From the NCBI RefSeq assembly GCF_009914755.1, contig NC_060926.1: a DNA stretch of 64,000 nt. One strand, written 5' to 3'. Shown here piece by piece: positions 32,086 through 48,037 of this stretch; the first letter of the stretch is position 1, and every line of letters starts with the position of its first letter. The translations under genes and the position numbers were made by a program. The notes beneath the pieces were generated by a model. That model saw nothing but the letters and a program-made list of their open reading frames with translations, did not search any database and was not told where the DNA came from. The DNA is from the human T2T-CHM13v2.0 reference genome, Homo sapiens.

Positions 32086-32977
32086 ATAGTGTTTTAATCA
32101 GTGCTTGAAAGAGGGGATGATTATAATTTTTTTGCTTATTTAACTTTTAAACTTAAACTTTAAAAACTCATATATGTACATTCAACCTAATGATAATAAT
32201 CAATTAAGCCTAATAAATACCTTTAAAATCATATTATCTTTTTCATATATTAAAAAACTGAAGTTCAGTGGATAAGATTTATCTGACTAAAAAAAGTCAA
32301 AACAAAGATCAGGGAATACTGAAAAACACATGGATTCTAGTTTATAATTTCTTAGAGATTAGGATAAAAAGGAAATGAACATTTGTCTACTGCTGATGGG
32401 AGTATAAATTGGCAAATCTTTTTAAATAGGAATTAAATTCTATACATCAAATAACTTAAAAATACTTTTCACTCTCTAACCAATACTTCTAGGAATCAGT
32501 CTAAGAACAAACATTCTTAAGTACGAAAAACAAACAAAATAACTTTATACCACAGATGTCTGTCACAGTGCTATTTATTGTATTAAATTATAAACAACCT
32601 AAATATTCAACACAGAGGAAAAGTTAAGTAGATTTAACATAATGTTAATGGGACTTTACACAATCATTAAAAATGATGTTTCTGAAAGCTTTTATAATAA
32701 TATGAGAAACTGCTTATGATTGTAACTGAAATATATGTATAAAATCATATACACATAATGACAACATAAGAAAATCAGTCTACACGTGGAAATATTCCTA
32801 TAGCAATAATCTTTTGGCTGGTAAGGCTATGTTTTACTTTCATTTTTCTAAATTTTCAGTTTTTACATAAATGAGCTATATTACTATTACACTATATATA
32901 TTATTACTAGGATAACATAAAAATAAACTTCACAAAGGTTCCAGACCAAAATATGTCAAATAAAAATGCATAATTAC

Positions 32978-33085
32978 CTGTTTAATGATATTCTTTGCTG
33001 TAATAACCATTTTTTCACCATAGATTTCTAAAAAATTAAGCTTTCTTTGTTTTAAAAGTCCAAATACAAGAGATATTAGTCTTTC
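32978..33085 (-). CDS. VPS54: VPS54 coding exon ~9 (108 nt; ERLISLVFGLLKQRK...KNIIKQ)
   Basis: ttttaacag|GAAAGACTA...AAACAG|gtaatt. Confidence 0.96.
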
Positions 33086-33393
33086 CTGTTAAAATAAAAG
33101 TATGTAACTTGACATTTTAAATATGAAGTAATTTTACTTAGAGGTAGAAATATTCAGCATCAAGAGTTCTGTTTGATCCTCAGATCTCTATCCTGCACAA
33201 AGTATTTTCTAGCAGCCTGAAAACCCCTCCCACAGCAATCTTATCATGAGATTTTTGGAGTCAGTGCTGTAAAACAGATAAATCCTACCCCACCACAGTG
33301 AACCAATGAAGCTGGTTTTCGGGCAAAACAATACAAGGGTATTTTTTGTTCTAGTTTCAACAAGTAAAAAATATCCTTCTCACACCCTGATGA

Positions 33394-33727
<334 letters not shown>

Positions 33728-34009
33728 TGCTTTGTAATGCATAGTCTAGAAGACTGAAATAATGACCTAGACTCTCACAGTGGGAAGTCAACTGCTAACA
33801 TCTACAAAAGTTTCTTTACTTAGGCAGTTATCAGGGTTTCTGGGATTTTTTACTAGTTGTTGTCAGTGATTAACACTGAGAAGTTACCAGCTAAGTGAAG
33901 CCTGGATATTATGTATTTGTATATACATATATAAAAAACATGTTCATAATAGGTACTCAGTAAATTTGAATGACGGGTAATTACCATATGATAATGATCA
34001 CTTTTTCGG

Positions 34010-34294
34010 TTTTTTTTTTTTTTTTTTTTTTGAGACAGGGTCTTGCTATGTCACAATCATGGCTCACTAACAGCCTCAAACTCCTGGACTCAAGTGATGC
34101 TCTCGCCTTAGCCACCCAAGTAGCTGGGACTACAGGTGTGCATGCACCACTACACCCAGCTAATTTTTTTATTTTTCGTAGAGATGGAGTCTCCCTGTGT
34201 TGCCAAGGCTGGTCTCAAACTCCTGGGCTCAAGCAATCTTCCCACCTCAGCCTCTCAAACTGCTGGGATTACAGGCATGGAGCCAATGCGCCCA
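34010..34294 (-). mobile_element. AluJ
   Basis: Antisense Alu; TSD ATGATCACTTTTT. Confidence 0.86.
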
Positions 34295-34632
34295 ACTATG
34301 ATCACTTTTTATAAAAGACAAGCTCCAGCACTCGCACACATAAACACAGAATATAAATTAATTCATCCTATATCTGTATTTTTAACTTGGTCTGTAAGCT
34401 CATTTTAACTCTAATTTCTAATTAAGCTATACAATTATTTTATTCTCTAATTCCATAGGATAGTGAACAATCATGGTGCTTGCTCAAGTCACATAGCTAG
34501 TGAAGGACTTCATAGGTCTGATAGCCCTTGAAATTTAAGATAATTTTGATTCCTATAATCTGAGAAAAATGTGTTCTAAGCCAAGACTGTTAAGCAATGG
34601 CATCAACTTCATTCCACAGTTAAAACACATAC

Positions 34633-34759
34633 CTCTTCTAAAACTTGACAGTCATCTTCCAGTGGTCTATTTAAGTCACTGTGAGAATAAGTAGAAAATT
34701 CTGCAATCATCATTTTATCTATCAGTTTTTCTAATTCACAAAGCTGTGATCCCAAATGC
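34633..34759 (-). CDS. VPS54: VPS54 coding exon ~8 (127 nt; HLGSQLCELEKL...CQVLEE)
   Basis: Lies within ORF 34609..34821; cctttttag|GCATTTG...GAAGAG|gtatgt. Confidence 0.97.
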
Positions 34760-34957
34760 CTAAAAAGGAAGAGAAAAATGTTATATTTATATTCACTAAA
34801 AACTACAAATTCGCTCCACAATCAAGGGAACTAGTAGGTAAAACTTTTTCAGTTGACAGTACCTGTGCAATAATGCAATGTTTTCAAAAAATGAAGTCCT
34901 TTAACTTACCAAAATAACTGCAAACATTTCATCTTCTAAATTCCATTTTTCTCTTTA

Positions 34958-37462
34958 CAGTTGACCCTTGAACAACATGGGGGTTAGAGGCACCAAACAC
35001 CAGTGCAATCAGAAATCTGTGTATAACTTTTGACTCCCCAAAAATTTAACTAATAGCTTATGTTGACCAGAAGCCTTACCAATAACATAAAGTCAGTGAA
35101 CACATTCTTTTCTATATTATGTGTACCATATACTATATTCTTACAATAAAGCTAGAGAAAATATGGTACTAAGAAAATCCTATGGAAAAGAAAATACATT
35201 GACTATTGATTAACTGGAATCAGATCATCATAAAGGTTATCTTCACATTGAGTAGGCTGAGGAGGAGGGAGAGGAGAGGTTGGTCTTGCTATCTTAAGGG
35301 TGGCAGAGGAGGTGGAAGTGGAGGCAGAAGAGGCAGGCACACTCAGTATAACTTTACCGAAATGCACTGTAATTTCTGACTTTACTTTTGCATTTCTCTA
35401 AAAATGTTTGTTTCTATATGGTACCAATCCTTCTTTCACCATTTGCTTTAGTTTCAGTGCCCATAGAAGAGTCCATGTCATAAAAGAAGTCAAAGGAAGT
35501 CTTGAATAATGGGAACTCTGCTGCCAGATTGTCTAATGTCATCTTGTTTTCTGGCACTGCTGCTTCTATCTCTTTTTCCTCATTGTCTGGCATTGGTTTG
35601 AGAACACTCATCTCCGTCAAGTCATCTTCTGTTAATTCCTCTGTTGTGGTACCTATTAGCTGTTGAATTTCTCCAAGATTCTTATCTTGAAATCCTTCAT
35701 TCCTCACCCTTGTCACATCCACAATCTCTTTCATGATTTCCTTGATTGTCTCACAGCATCTGCACACAGTTTTCTCTAACAGGAATTTATTGTTTCGGGC
35801 TTTATGGTCTTCACAACTTTTTCTATAACAATGACGGCATCTTCAATGGTGTAATCCTTCCAGACTTTCGTGATGTTCTATCGGGGTTCTCTTCCATAGC
35901 ACTGATAATCCTTTCCATAGAGTAGTGTGTGTAATGAGCTGTAAAGGTACTTATGACTCTCTGATCTAGAAGCTAGATTAGAGATGTTGTGTTTGGGGCA
36001 AGGAGATCATTTTAATGCCTCTGGTGCTGAATTCATGGGGTTCTGGGTGGACAGGGGCATTGTTCAACACCAAAAGTACTTTAAAAGGCAGTCTCTTATT
36101 GGCAAGGTACTTCCTGACTTCAGAGACAAAGCATTAATGGCACCAATCCAGAAAAAGGGTTCTCATCCAGGTCTTTTGTTGTATAAGCAGAAGACTGGCA
36201 GCTGTTATTTATCTTCTCCCTTTGAAGCTTGTGGGTTAGCAGCTTTATAGATAAGGGCAGTCCTGATCAGAAACCTGACTTCATTTGCACAAAACAGTAA
36301 GAGATAGCCTATCCCTTCCTGTCTTAAATCCTGGTGCTCACTATCTCTTCCTTGCTAATAAATGTTCTTTGTGGCTTTTTTTTTCCCCCAGAGTAGGGCA
36401 CTTTTGTCTGCATTAAAACCTTTCAGGTAGATATTCTTTCTCCTCCATTATTTTCTAAATGGTATCCAGGAACTCATTTGCTGCCTCTTTGTCAGCAGAA
36501 GCTGCTTCTCCTATTATCATGACATTTTTTTAAGCCAAACCTCTAAAATTATCAAACCATCCTTTGCTGGCATTAAGTTCTCCAGCTTTAGATCCTTCAC
36601 TTTCCTTTTGCTTTAAATTACCACTTGATATCTTAGCTTTTTCTCAAGTAATATTAGAGTCTATAGGTATGCCTTTCTCATAGTAAGCCTGCACCTGCAT
36701 AAAATCTGCATTTTCAATAATGGATAAAAAGGTACTTGCAAAAAGAAAAGGTTTTTGTAAATGCTGTTGTAGCTGGAGTGAGGACTTCACAAATTTCCCT
36801 TTTTTTTTTTTTTTTTTTTTACAGTCATGGGCAACCACAACTGCAGACCTCAATCTACTATACACATCAAGGAATTAAACTTTTTACTGTAAATGTCATG
36901 ACTTCTCTCTGCTTCTTGGGAGTACTTCCAGCATCACCAGTGAACTTAGTATGGGTCCCATGGTGTTATTTAAGGTGTATAGTATGTATTAAAGACAATA
37001 AAAACCATGCAAAAACTATAAGAGATCACCTTTTACTGTGATACTCAATTTACTGGAGAGAGGAACTGCTCAAACGTAGATGACTAGCATCACTTCAGCT
37101 CACCACAGTAGCAACAGGAGGTGGTTATGAAATTATTACAGTGGTACAATATGTACCACAGTTAGTTTTCTGCAGTTATGATTTAATACTGCATGAGTGG
37201 GGCCATATACAGTCTGTGTGCAAGTTTGGATAAATTTTAACTTTTTAAATAGTGCTGTGTATATTTTATGGTAGTAAATGATAAAATAGACTAGTACCTA
37301 CATATATTTTATGCATTCATGGCATATATATTTCTAGGCTATGTGGTAAGTTTTTTCAACTTTCACAAATCTCCAAAAACTTTTCCAATATATTTACTGA
37401 AAAAAAATCTGTGTATAAATGGACCCACAAGTCCAAACCCATGTTGTTCAAGGTCAAAGGTG
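34958..37462 (-). mobile_element. Near full-length Tigger2 (pogo-family DNA transposon), ~2.5 kb
   Basis: TA+CAGTTGACCCTTGAACAAC at the left end and the inverted GTTGTTCAAGGTCAA..TG+TA at the right. Decayed transposase ORFs at 35414..35767 and 36644..36865. Confidence 0.9.
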
Positions 37463-38721
37463 TACCTTTAGCCTCCAAATAAATGTGTTCTAGAAAACCT
37501 GGTTACTGGGTACATTTATGATTGTTTTCCACAGACAAAATATTGACATTCTAAGTCCTTTCCTTATTAACTATTTACTGAATATCAATGGTGGTAGCTC
37601 CCTAGTCATTCATTTATTCAACAAACATTTGTGCCTACCCTGCGCTAGGCCCTGTTCTGGGTGCAAATAAATATCTGAAGGACTGTATGTACAGATGGAC
37701 TCAATTCAATCTTTCTTATAATCAGTTTGAGTTACTGTGCAACATCGCTTAAGTCATTAAACTGAAAGTCATTGAAACACAAGACTGAAAAATGTAAGGA
37801 TGAAGTACTTTCACATACAAAGGGATTTCTGCCATACTTTCAAATAGCTGTGTAAAAGCAATGAGCTAAAGAAGCCTAGATAACCTAGTTGGTCCAAAGA
37901 ATTTCAAAACTTAAGTGAAAGAGTCCAATGGAAAATATGTTTATATCTCAGGGAAAAAAATGTTTTAAGCTCTATTTTGAGGGGCAGTTTTAAAACATTT
38001 AAATTTTATATTACATTAAAATTTAAAAAACATTTAAACTATATCCACACTACATTTACTTGAAAAACAAATCCTTAATACTGGCAACTATATTTACTAA
38101 GAAAGATGAGATATAACACAATTTTTAAAAAATTAGTTAAAACCATTTGACCTTTTGGGTAGATGCATTATTCTTGTTTTATAAACAACATATGGTAAGT
38201 AGGAGTAGTGATAATTATGAAACAAATCTGATAAGTGAAATAACATGTAAGTTTGCATCTTACAACAGGAAATTATATTTCTTATAGTTAATAGACTAAA
38301 AACGTTCTCATAAATGGCATCAATATCTTACAGTAGACTAATTTAGAATATTTCCACCAGTACAAACTAAAACATTGTCACAAGAGGAATTTGGCAGTAT
38401 CTAGCAAAATCACAGAGGAATTTTGACCTAGGAATCTCACTTCTTAGAATCTGTCTCAAAGATGCATGAGCAAAAATACCAAAGAACATACATTAACTGC
38501 CCTACTGTTGATAACTGTAACAGAATAGAAACAACCCAAATGCTGACCAATGGAGAATGGTTGAATAAATCACAATGCATTTATTTTAAATAGATATTAC
38601 TCACTTTTAAAAGAATTGATAAATACCTATACATACAGCTATAGAGCAGTTTTTTTTTCATTATTTCCCCTCTAGAAGCCTTTTCTAATCTCACACACAC
38701 ACAACCCCATGAAATTTTTAA

Positions 38722-39088
<367 letters not shown>

Positions 39089-39280
39089 TGAAGGGTCAAA
39101 AACCATTGTTATATTCAAGATTTTTTTTCACCTTTCAAGAGTCAACATTTGCCCTCTTGCGGTAGTATCTCCCATTGAGAATGCATGCTGTAGCGCATGT
39201 ACAATATCCAGAGTATATTTTAAGGTAAAAACAGCAAGGTGGAGAACAGTATGTACAGTGCGCTAACACTTATCTAAGAT

Positions 39281-39316
39281 GAGAGACAGACAGATAGATG
39301 GATGGATAGATAGATA
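39281..39316. repeat. (GACA/GATG/GATA)n tetranucleotide repeat
   Basis: Directly visible. Confidence 0.8.
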
Positions 39317-39589
39317 CAAACTAAAACTTTTAAATGGCGACTTATGGTAGGGGTTGTGGGGGAGAAAAACTGAGGTCATACTGATACTTCCATTTAAATT
39401 CAAGACTATATGGTTTTTACTTCTTCAATCTTACATATGCGTCTCCTTTTAATCAGGCTGAAAACTGTGATTACTAATGACACTAACATAATTCCTCACT
39501 TGTTTTATCCCACAACATACACAGATTGTCTCAGAACAATATTATTAATACAAACAATATAGGACTTTTTCCTCTTCTTTTCCTTAAGA

Positions 39590-40865
39590 TGTATCAAAGT
39601 CACTTAAAAAAGAAAATTATTTCCCAGTTCTGTCCACTACAAAAGCCTAGAAATAATGGCCAATCCAGTAGCAAGAACATGCCTACTACCCATATGGATT
39701 TCTAAATACTATTTCCTACTAAAAGAAAGTAGGGCTCCCTAGACAAATGGCAGATTACAGGTCTGGGGTAGGAAATGCATACTATAAACATCCTGTCATA
39801 ACACAAAGTAAGAAAACTGTCAATAACTACTTAGGAAATCATGTCAAAAAGACTCAAGAATGAACTTGAGGAGGTTCCTACAAATGATAATTCAATTTGA
39901 ACATTGATAAAAATTAAAAAGAAAGAACTTAAAACACTTTGCATATAAATCCATGTATTTATAATATCTTTAAAAATTCATCAGTTATCTTTGGAGGATG
40001 CTAGATTTCCAATTCGTTATTTTGAAAACAGCTAAATAAAGGAAAAGAATCTAGCATTTATCCTGTCTAATCTTGTAAGAATTGTCCTTCAAAGGGTGAC
40101 CAAATAATTGTTATAGGGAAACATCAATTCATAGAAATATTCCAGTGAATAAGTAAAGAAAGTGGGATAGAATTAGAGTATCATAATTTGTAGCCCACAA
40201 TTAATGATAAATCTAGACAGCAATTATTAAATGGCTGCTAATCATCAAAAGAGAGACTTTTCATGCTTCTTGACTGAAATACACACCACTGTCTATTAGG
40301 TGCTCTTGTTAAAAAGTAAAATTTAAAGCTAATCAAGCTTTTAAAACTAACTATCAATTACAGAGAATATAGGTGAAAAAATAACATGCTAAACATGGAA
40401 ACATAGTTTACAAAATCCAAACTATGGGAAGCACTATAAGACAACCCAGTTTCTTCGATTAGTATTTTGAAAGAAAATTAGAATGGATAACTATGGATCA
40501 AAAAACACTTGAGACATATCAACCAATTGCAATATATAGATATTATTTGGACCCTGATTACAATAAACACACCATAAGAAAGAATTTTGAGACTAACAGG
40601 AAAATCTGAACACTGACTAGCTATATTTGAAAATATAAATGACATTAGAGTTATATTTTTAAAAAATCCTTATCTTTCAAAGATACCTAATGAAATATTT
40701 ATGAATGAAACAAAATGTTCAGGGTTTGTTACAAAATAATACAGGATACAGATAAAACAAACTTTGCTTTGCATTGACAACTTAGATAAACAATTCATCT
40801 AGCTTCCTATAATTCTTTTCATATAATTTCCTTTACTGTTGTGTATGTTTGAGTATAAGTTTAAA
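39590..40865 (+). mobile_element. L1MC-type 3' remnant
   Basis: GAGACATATCAACCAATTGCAAT and TGAAATATTTATGAATGAA motifs. Confidence 0.55.
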
Positions 40866-42755
40866 AAAAAACAGTGACAGTGTAGGATATAAATTTAGAC
40901 CTAATATTGCTTGGCTCTCAATTATTTTTATGAAGATCATTGATTCTTTTTTAATGCAGACTAGAGGTTAGCACTCAGGTATGTGTTACCTCAAGTATAA
41001 ATAATCTTCAACAAATCTCCATAAAGAATTATGGTGGGAGGTCCATATGACTGTACCTACTGATATTTGGGCATCAAAATAATAAAACTTTCCCTCATTT
41101 CGGCACAACTTAAATGCAATGTTCTATTTGACCTTAGATATTATTTTAAATAACTTGAGTAGCTTCATTTTTATGTATCCTTACAGTAATTTTAAAGTTC
41201 AATTATCTAATACAGGCTATATAATTAATTTAATAAAGAACCTCAATACTAACACCAAACAGTACTTATTTTATAATCACAGGTATTTTATATATGCAAG
41301 AATTTGTCTACACAAATCCTTAAATGCAACTTTCAGAACTATAATATTTTACAAGTTTCACCTATTCATCCTCAATCTATTCTTGTATATTCTTGGCTAC
41401 TTTGACAATAGATGCAATAATAATGATGTATGCATTATTATTAACCTTAACAAAAATATTTAAGATAAATCTGCTAACACCTTGTTTTAAAAGTATGTAT
41501 CCTAATAATCACATACAGTAATTTAGAGTGGTGAATCTACTGAAATGACAACTAAAATATCACTTTCTGAAAAATATATCCAGCTAAGTAAACTGAAACA
41601 ATCCCAATACTTTCTACTTAGATATGCCTCAATTTGCACATTAATTCAGACCTTCTACTAAGCTGTATGTTCAATACAGTGACCTCTGTGCTGTTCTTAT
41701 CAGAAAACCTTGTATATCAATAAACTCTGTAGAATTCTAGTTTCATCAAATAGTAAGAAGTCTGATTTCTTCATCACAAAACATACAATGTGGATGTTTT
41801 CTTACTACAATATTTTAAAATCTAAATTATAGGAGATTTAAGGTCAAATAACATGTTAAATACCTTTTGATACATCCAATAATAAAGATCCCTTAAATGG
41901 AATCTCACAGTGGCCACTGATCAATGAAATCATAATAAACTGGAATCTATAATAAACTGAGTGTTTTGCATCTTTTCTTTCAAAACAAAACAAAAAAAGG
42001 CTTACAAGTAGAAAACAAGCTAGCTGCAGTAATTTTTACGCCAAAATCCATTAATATGGTAGTTCCTGGCTGCTGAGCAAACCTATAGCTCAATTGCCCA
42101 CAGTTTGTACAATCAAATTAGTATTGATGTTCAGAGTGATCTATTTGAGGCCCCATAAGATCCTCAAACAAATATATTAAAAAGCATAGCTCTCAAGCCC
42201 AGTGAGACCCAAGTTGAATCTCTACTGTACTGTTACTTAACTTGCTATATGACCTCAGTTTTCCTATCTGTAAAGTGTGGGTAACATTCCCTATCTCACA
42301 GTTTTTTGGGGAGTGGGCGATGTCAATATACTTAGCACAGTATCTGGTACAGAATACTCAAGTATTCAATATATGTCCTCTGTTGTAGAATGGCGGTGGT
42401 AGTAATCATGGTATGAAGTAGTAGGAATAGAGTGTTAACGACAATTATGAAAACTAAGAGTTTCTACACAAAGCTTTACAGTAAGAGCAAATAACGACAC
42501 CACAGCCCTAAGTTTCAAGGTAACTAAAGATTTTCTGTATCAAAACCTGCAAGATATCAACATTCGAATGCATTCTTGGGCTCACGAGACTTATGTACTA
42601 CATCTGCTTAAGCATTTGAATGCCATTAGCCTCAGCAATACTTTTAGTTAAATTAGTATATAAATGATATATATTGTTTCAATGATTATCATTTTTATTG
42701 GTAATAGATAGCAAAATTTCATTTCACATGTAATGGTTAAAAATATTTATATCCC

Positions 42756-43055
42756 GGCCGGGCACGGTGGCTCACACCTGTAATCCCAGCACTTTGGGAG
42801 GCCAAGGCGGGCGGATCACGAGGTCAGGAGATCGAGGCCATCCTGGCTAACACGGTGAAACCCTGTCTCTACTAAAAATACAAAAAATTAGCCGGGTGTG
42901 GTGGCGGGCACCTGTAGTCCCAGCTACTCAGGAGGCTGAGGCAGAAGAATGGCGTGAATCCGGGAGGCGGAGCTTGCAGTGAGCCAAGACTGCACCACTG
43001 CACTCCAGCCTGGGCAACAGAGCAAGACTCCATCTCAAAAAAAAAAAAAAAAAAA
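42756..43055 (+). mobile_element. AluY
   Basis: CpG-rich; GGCTAACACGG, GAATGGCGTGAA and GGAGCTTGCAG diagnostics. Confidence 0.93.
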
Positions 43056-43404
43056 TTTATGTCCTAATAATTAAAATTGCCCAATTTTGCAACAATTCAG
43101 GTAGTATAATCATTCAAAATTTTTTAAATTTAAAAATTCTACAAATGTACAAAAGAATAATAATAATTATGAGTTATGCAATGAGTCAAAATTACCCTTC
43201 AAGTTCTGAAGAGGGGAAATCAAACTTGGAACTTATACAGATACATCATACCCCCAAATCCATTAGTAGAAACCTCTTTGAATAGAGACAGGAAGATGTG
43301 TTAGTTGAAAATTTCATTTTAGAAAGAACAAATGTATGTAGGAAGATGCTACCACTTTAATTACAAATCATGAAAAAGTTGAGTATCCAATAGTAGTTAT
43401 AAAC

Positions 43405-43575
43405 CAGGCTTCTCAATTATGGTGCACATTAGAATCTCCCAGAGAGCTTTCAAAAAAATACAGATGCTCAAGCCTTAACCTCTAGAAAGTCTGACTTAAT
43501 TGGCTTGGGTGAGGTGTGGCACACTTTTTTAAAAGCTCTTCTGGAGATTTTATTATGCAGCCAGGATTAAGAATT
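43405..43575. mobile_element. MER5A-like hAT MITE
   Basis: GCTTCTCAA...CACATTAGAATC...ATGCAGCCAGGATTAAGAA. Confidence 0.65.
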
Positions 43576-44108
43576 ATAGTCATATAGATTATAAATGGGA
43601 AATTAGGGACAATGATTATAGACAGGAAAAAAAAAGAGTGGAATAAAGTGTCAAGATACATTTGGTAATATACTGAATAATTCACAGATTTCACAAATAC
43701 ATATTAAGATGTGTACAACATAGCTCTTGTCCAAGACATTTAAATTCAAAGCCCAATAGAAAGATTTAAAATAAAAACACAAACCATGACAAAACATGGT
43801 AGGAGACTGTAAAATTTCATTACAGAATATAAACAAGGTGTTCTGGGAGCTCAGAGGTCACCAAAAAAGTTTACATGAAAAATAATTTCAAAGTCAAAAA
43901 ATACAGAAGGAATGAGAAAAAAGAAGACACACGTAAGCATTATTTGCTACTAATGACTAGAAAAAATGTGATGTTAGGTTAATAGTACACAGAAAAATGG
44001 CAGACAAATACAACTATTAAAATTCCTTTTTGAAAACAGAGATTTGCATTTGTGGTAATTTAACTACTGGAAAATTGTGGTATGAAAGTTCCCTTTAAAA
44101 GCAATAGA

Positions 44109-44305
44109 ACCAGTCTGGGCAACACAGCAAGACCTTATCTCTACAAAAAAATTTAAAAATTAGCCTGGCGTGGTGGCACAGACCTACAGTCTTAGCTACC
44201 CAGGAGGCTAGGGCAGGAGGATCACTTGAGCCTAGGAGTTCAAGGCTATAGTTGAGCTATGATCGCACCATTGCACTCCAGCCTGGGTGACAGGGCAAGA
44301 CTGCA
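44109..44305 (+). mobile_element. 5'-truncated AluJ
   Basis: Linker and right arm only; flanked by AAAAGCAATA. Confidence 0.8.
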
Positions 44306-45198
44306 TATATATATTAAATAGAACATTTTAAAAAAGCAATACAAAGAACAGTATAGCCAAAAGCAAAACTTGGACTAAGATTCATAAAATGGAAAGACTA
44401 TTAACAAATAAATTTAAAAGAGTCCTTTGCTTGTCCTACTGAAAGATTTCTTATTTCAAGTAAGACCCTATGGCTTAGTATACGGCCCACGAAATGACTA
44501 AAATATGGACTCTGATATAAAAAAGACAAAAACGTGTGAAATTCAAGTAGAATATTTCTTATTTCCTAATGGGAGAGTGTAATTATTTTAATAAACTAAG
44601 GAGAACAGCTTATAACCTAATGCTTATGTTACCATAAGAGATCTCTAATACATATTGTACTGGATAAAAATCAATCTATAAAGCGTCCAAAACTAATTCT
44701 TATGCTTCTAAATAAAGTTAAATGGTCTTAAAAACATCTGTGAAACTATATAAGAAAGTAACTAATGCTGATATTTAACAACCTTTAGCAAAAGGAAAGA
44801 TAAAGTCAAGAAAGTAAATCATCATATAGGATTTGACACAAATTTAAAACAAAACACAAACAAAAGAATGGGGTTATAATAACAAGTCTTAAACTACTTC
44901 ACGTATGATTCAGTATTCTTCCTTGACTATAAAAACATTTTCTTTTAGAGTACTTTTGTTTTTGAAAATAAATTGCTATATGTTTATTGGAAGTCAGAGA
45001 CTCAAGTTCTGATACCAAACTTTTAAACAGTTATAAATATATTGGAACTGACATTTGATAGGAAACTTTACAGAAATGTTTTACATGAAGAAATAACACT
45101 CTTTACACATGTGGTTCTAAAAAAAAATAGAAAGATATTGAGCAAAATGTAGAAAATCAGAACATCTGAAAGTCTTTTTAAAAATCATAAACATTTTT

Positions 45199-45845
<647 letters not shown>

Positions 45846-47651
45846 ACGTAAATAATAGACATTTTTAAATGAAGAATATTTTATACTTTGACTTAAGGTA
45901 CAAACAAAAAAAGTAAGGTTGAAAACAAAGGTAAGCTCTTCCTTGAGCTCATAATAAATACAAGATTATAAAATTTTTATTCTGTAACCCAATAAATCAT
46001 AAACTACTGAGAATAAATAAATATCCAACCCTCTTCTTAAAATTACTTTTCATGAGTATTGACCATAAACTTATGAGTCAAGGAAAGTAAAAGTAAACTG
46101 CATGAACTTTGAGGTAAAAATTAGAACAATTTGAGAATTTGTGTTTGCCAAGGCGGCATTCAATCTTTGATTCTATTTCTCAGCTCTGTACTATCTATGG
46201 GATACTGGCTCCCAATATTCATCAACACTCATGATATTATACAGTAAGTGATAAGTTAAAAACACAGCTTCTGTCATTATAGAAATCCATTTCTCTAAGG
46301 CAATGACAAAATTGACATTTATTGAAAAAATACATACGACATACAAATTCAAAGATAAATCCTTATAATTTCAAAGGTGAAGGAAAAATTAAAAATAATT
46401 TAGTTGCCCTGGGTTCCATGCTGGGGAATTCAAAGTAGACTTCAAAAAAACATGAATCACCCAAAATTGATTGCAAAATTTTATGTACAGGTATATTTTT
46501 GTGGAAAGATGGTCCAACAGTACCTTTCAATGGATTCTCAAAGAAGTTTGTGACTCAGAACGTTTTCTTAACCATCCAAGTCTGGATTAGGTTCCACCCC
46601 TAAGGTCAGAGCTCCACAGCAATCTTTCCATTCATCATACTATATTACACTATATCATAACTATGCAGTAATTTGTCTGCTTCCTTCCCCATGCCAAATA
46701 AATTGTAGAGACTTTTAGAGCACTGAACATCTCTACTTCATTCATGACTATATTCCCAGTATTCATTCTGTCTGGTACTTGACATGTAATAGGTGCTCAA
46801 CAGCCATACCTTAACTGAATGAATCAATCAATTGTTCATCTAATTAAATTTGGTTTCAGCTTTAAAAATATATCCTAAACATTCCAATTACATATCTTCA
46901 GTCAATAAGATTTATAATTCAATTAAAATAAATGTATTTTGAAGCTAACTTTTCCATAATGGATTAAGTTACAGAGCACATCTTCCATAAAACTTTATAG
47001 TCACTTACTAGTACGTGGTTTGGATGGTTTTCCCAGCAGATATGAACTTCTACAAGGATACTGCAAGCCTGCTTAATGGAACGAAATTTTGATGGCTTGC
47101 AATTAGTCTACAAAATAAACACTTTGGAATGATTTCATATAAAATATTTAAAACCTAAGGTATTTTCAAAATAATAACAGGAGAAATTGGGTCTTTTCTA
47201 TCACCATGTGGATTTCTTTTGCAATTTGATAAACAGACTGCAAATCAGAAATGAATTTTAATAATTATTCAATTTTAAATCTATTAAAGGCTTTCAACAC
47301 AAACTTAATTTTAAATATGCTGGTATTCTCTCCACCTTGACCTACCATTGTGACACAAAGCTATTTCAACACTTTCAAAATGTTAATGTTGTGACTGGCC
47401 TTGCATTTATCTCATCTCCTAGAAATTTTAATTTTGCTTCTCCATCCAAATGTCTCTGAAAATATTATTCCTTATGGTTTTTGTTTTGCTAATACTACAA
47501 TATCAGAATAACATTATTAAACAAATGATCAATCTGGAAGAAAAAATATCCATTTAACTTTGAATATATTCACACTTTTAACATTACATGCTCAATTTTA
47601 TCCTTTAAAAATTTCTAACATTATTTCTAGTGGCTTACTTAATGAACATAC

Positions 47652-48037
47652 CGGAAACTGTGAATGCCCTGAAGTTCCTGCTGTAGAACCTCTTGTGTTG
47701 TTGCTATTAAGTCCAATGCTCCAACAAATTCAGAAGTAGATAATAACACCTGTACTGTAGGCTGAGTCTGGTGTACAGTGGCCATTAACTTCAGCTTATT
47801 GTATACTTTAACACAATTATTTCTGGTAAGTGCCAGTCTTAAAATGTGGAGTGATCCTTCACACATTACTTTATCAATCTGTGCAATTTTATCTCGAAGC
47901 ATTTTTACAGCCTGGGAAGTTTTCCTGAGGTAGTCCTGCAACTCGTGTTGAGAGGTCATTGCATGAAAAAATGCTTCTGAACGTAGAGAGATCTGGTGAG
48001 CAATGTTTACTTCCACAATATCCAGATAATGGCTCAG
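47652..48037 (-). CDS. VPS54: VPS54 coding exon ~7 (386 nt; LSHYLDIVEVNIAHQISLRSEAFFHAM...GIHSFR), N-terminal coiled-coil region
   Basis: Lies within ORF 47639..48097; ctcttttaag|CTGAGC...TTCCG|gtatgt; contains the characteristic Vps54 motif LSHYLD-VE. Confidence 0.98.

Noticed and set aside
35414-35767. 117-aa acidic ORF as a domesticated TIGD-like gene
   Set aside because: It is only a fragment of a decayed Tigger2 transposase; the rest of the frame is broken.
41119-41463. 114-aa ORF
   Set aside because: It is an AT-rich, F/I/N/Y-biased chance frame with no recognisable homology.
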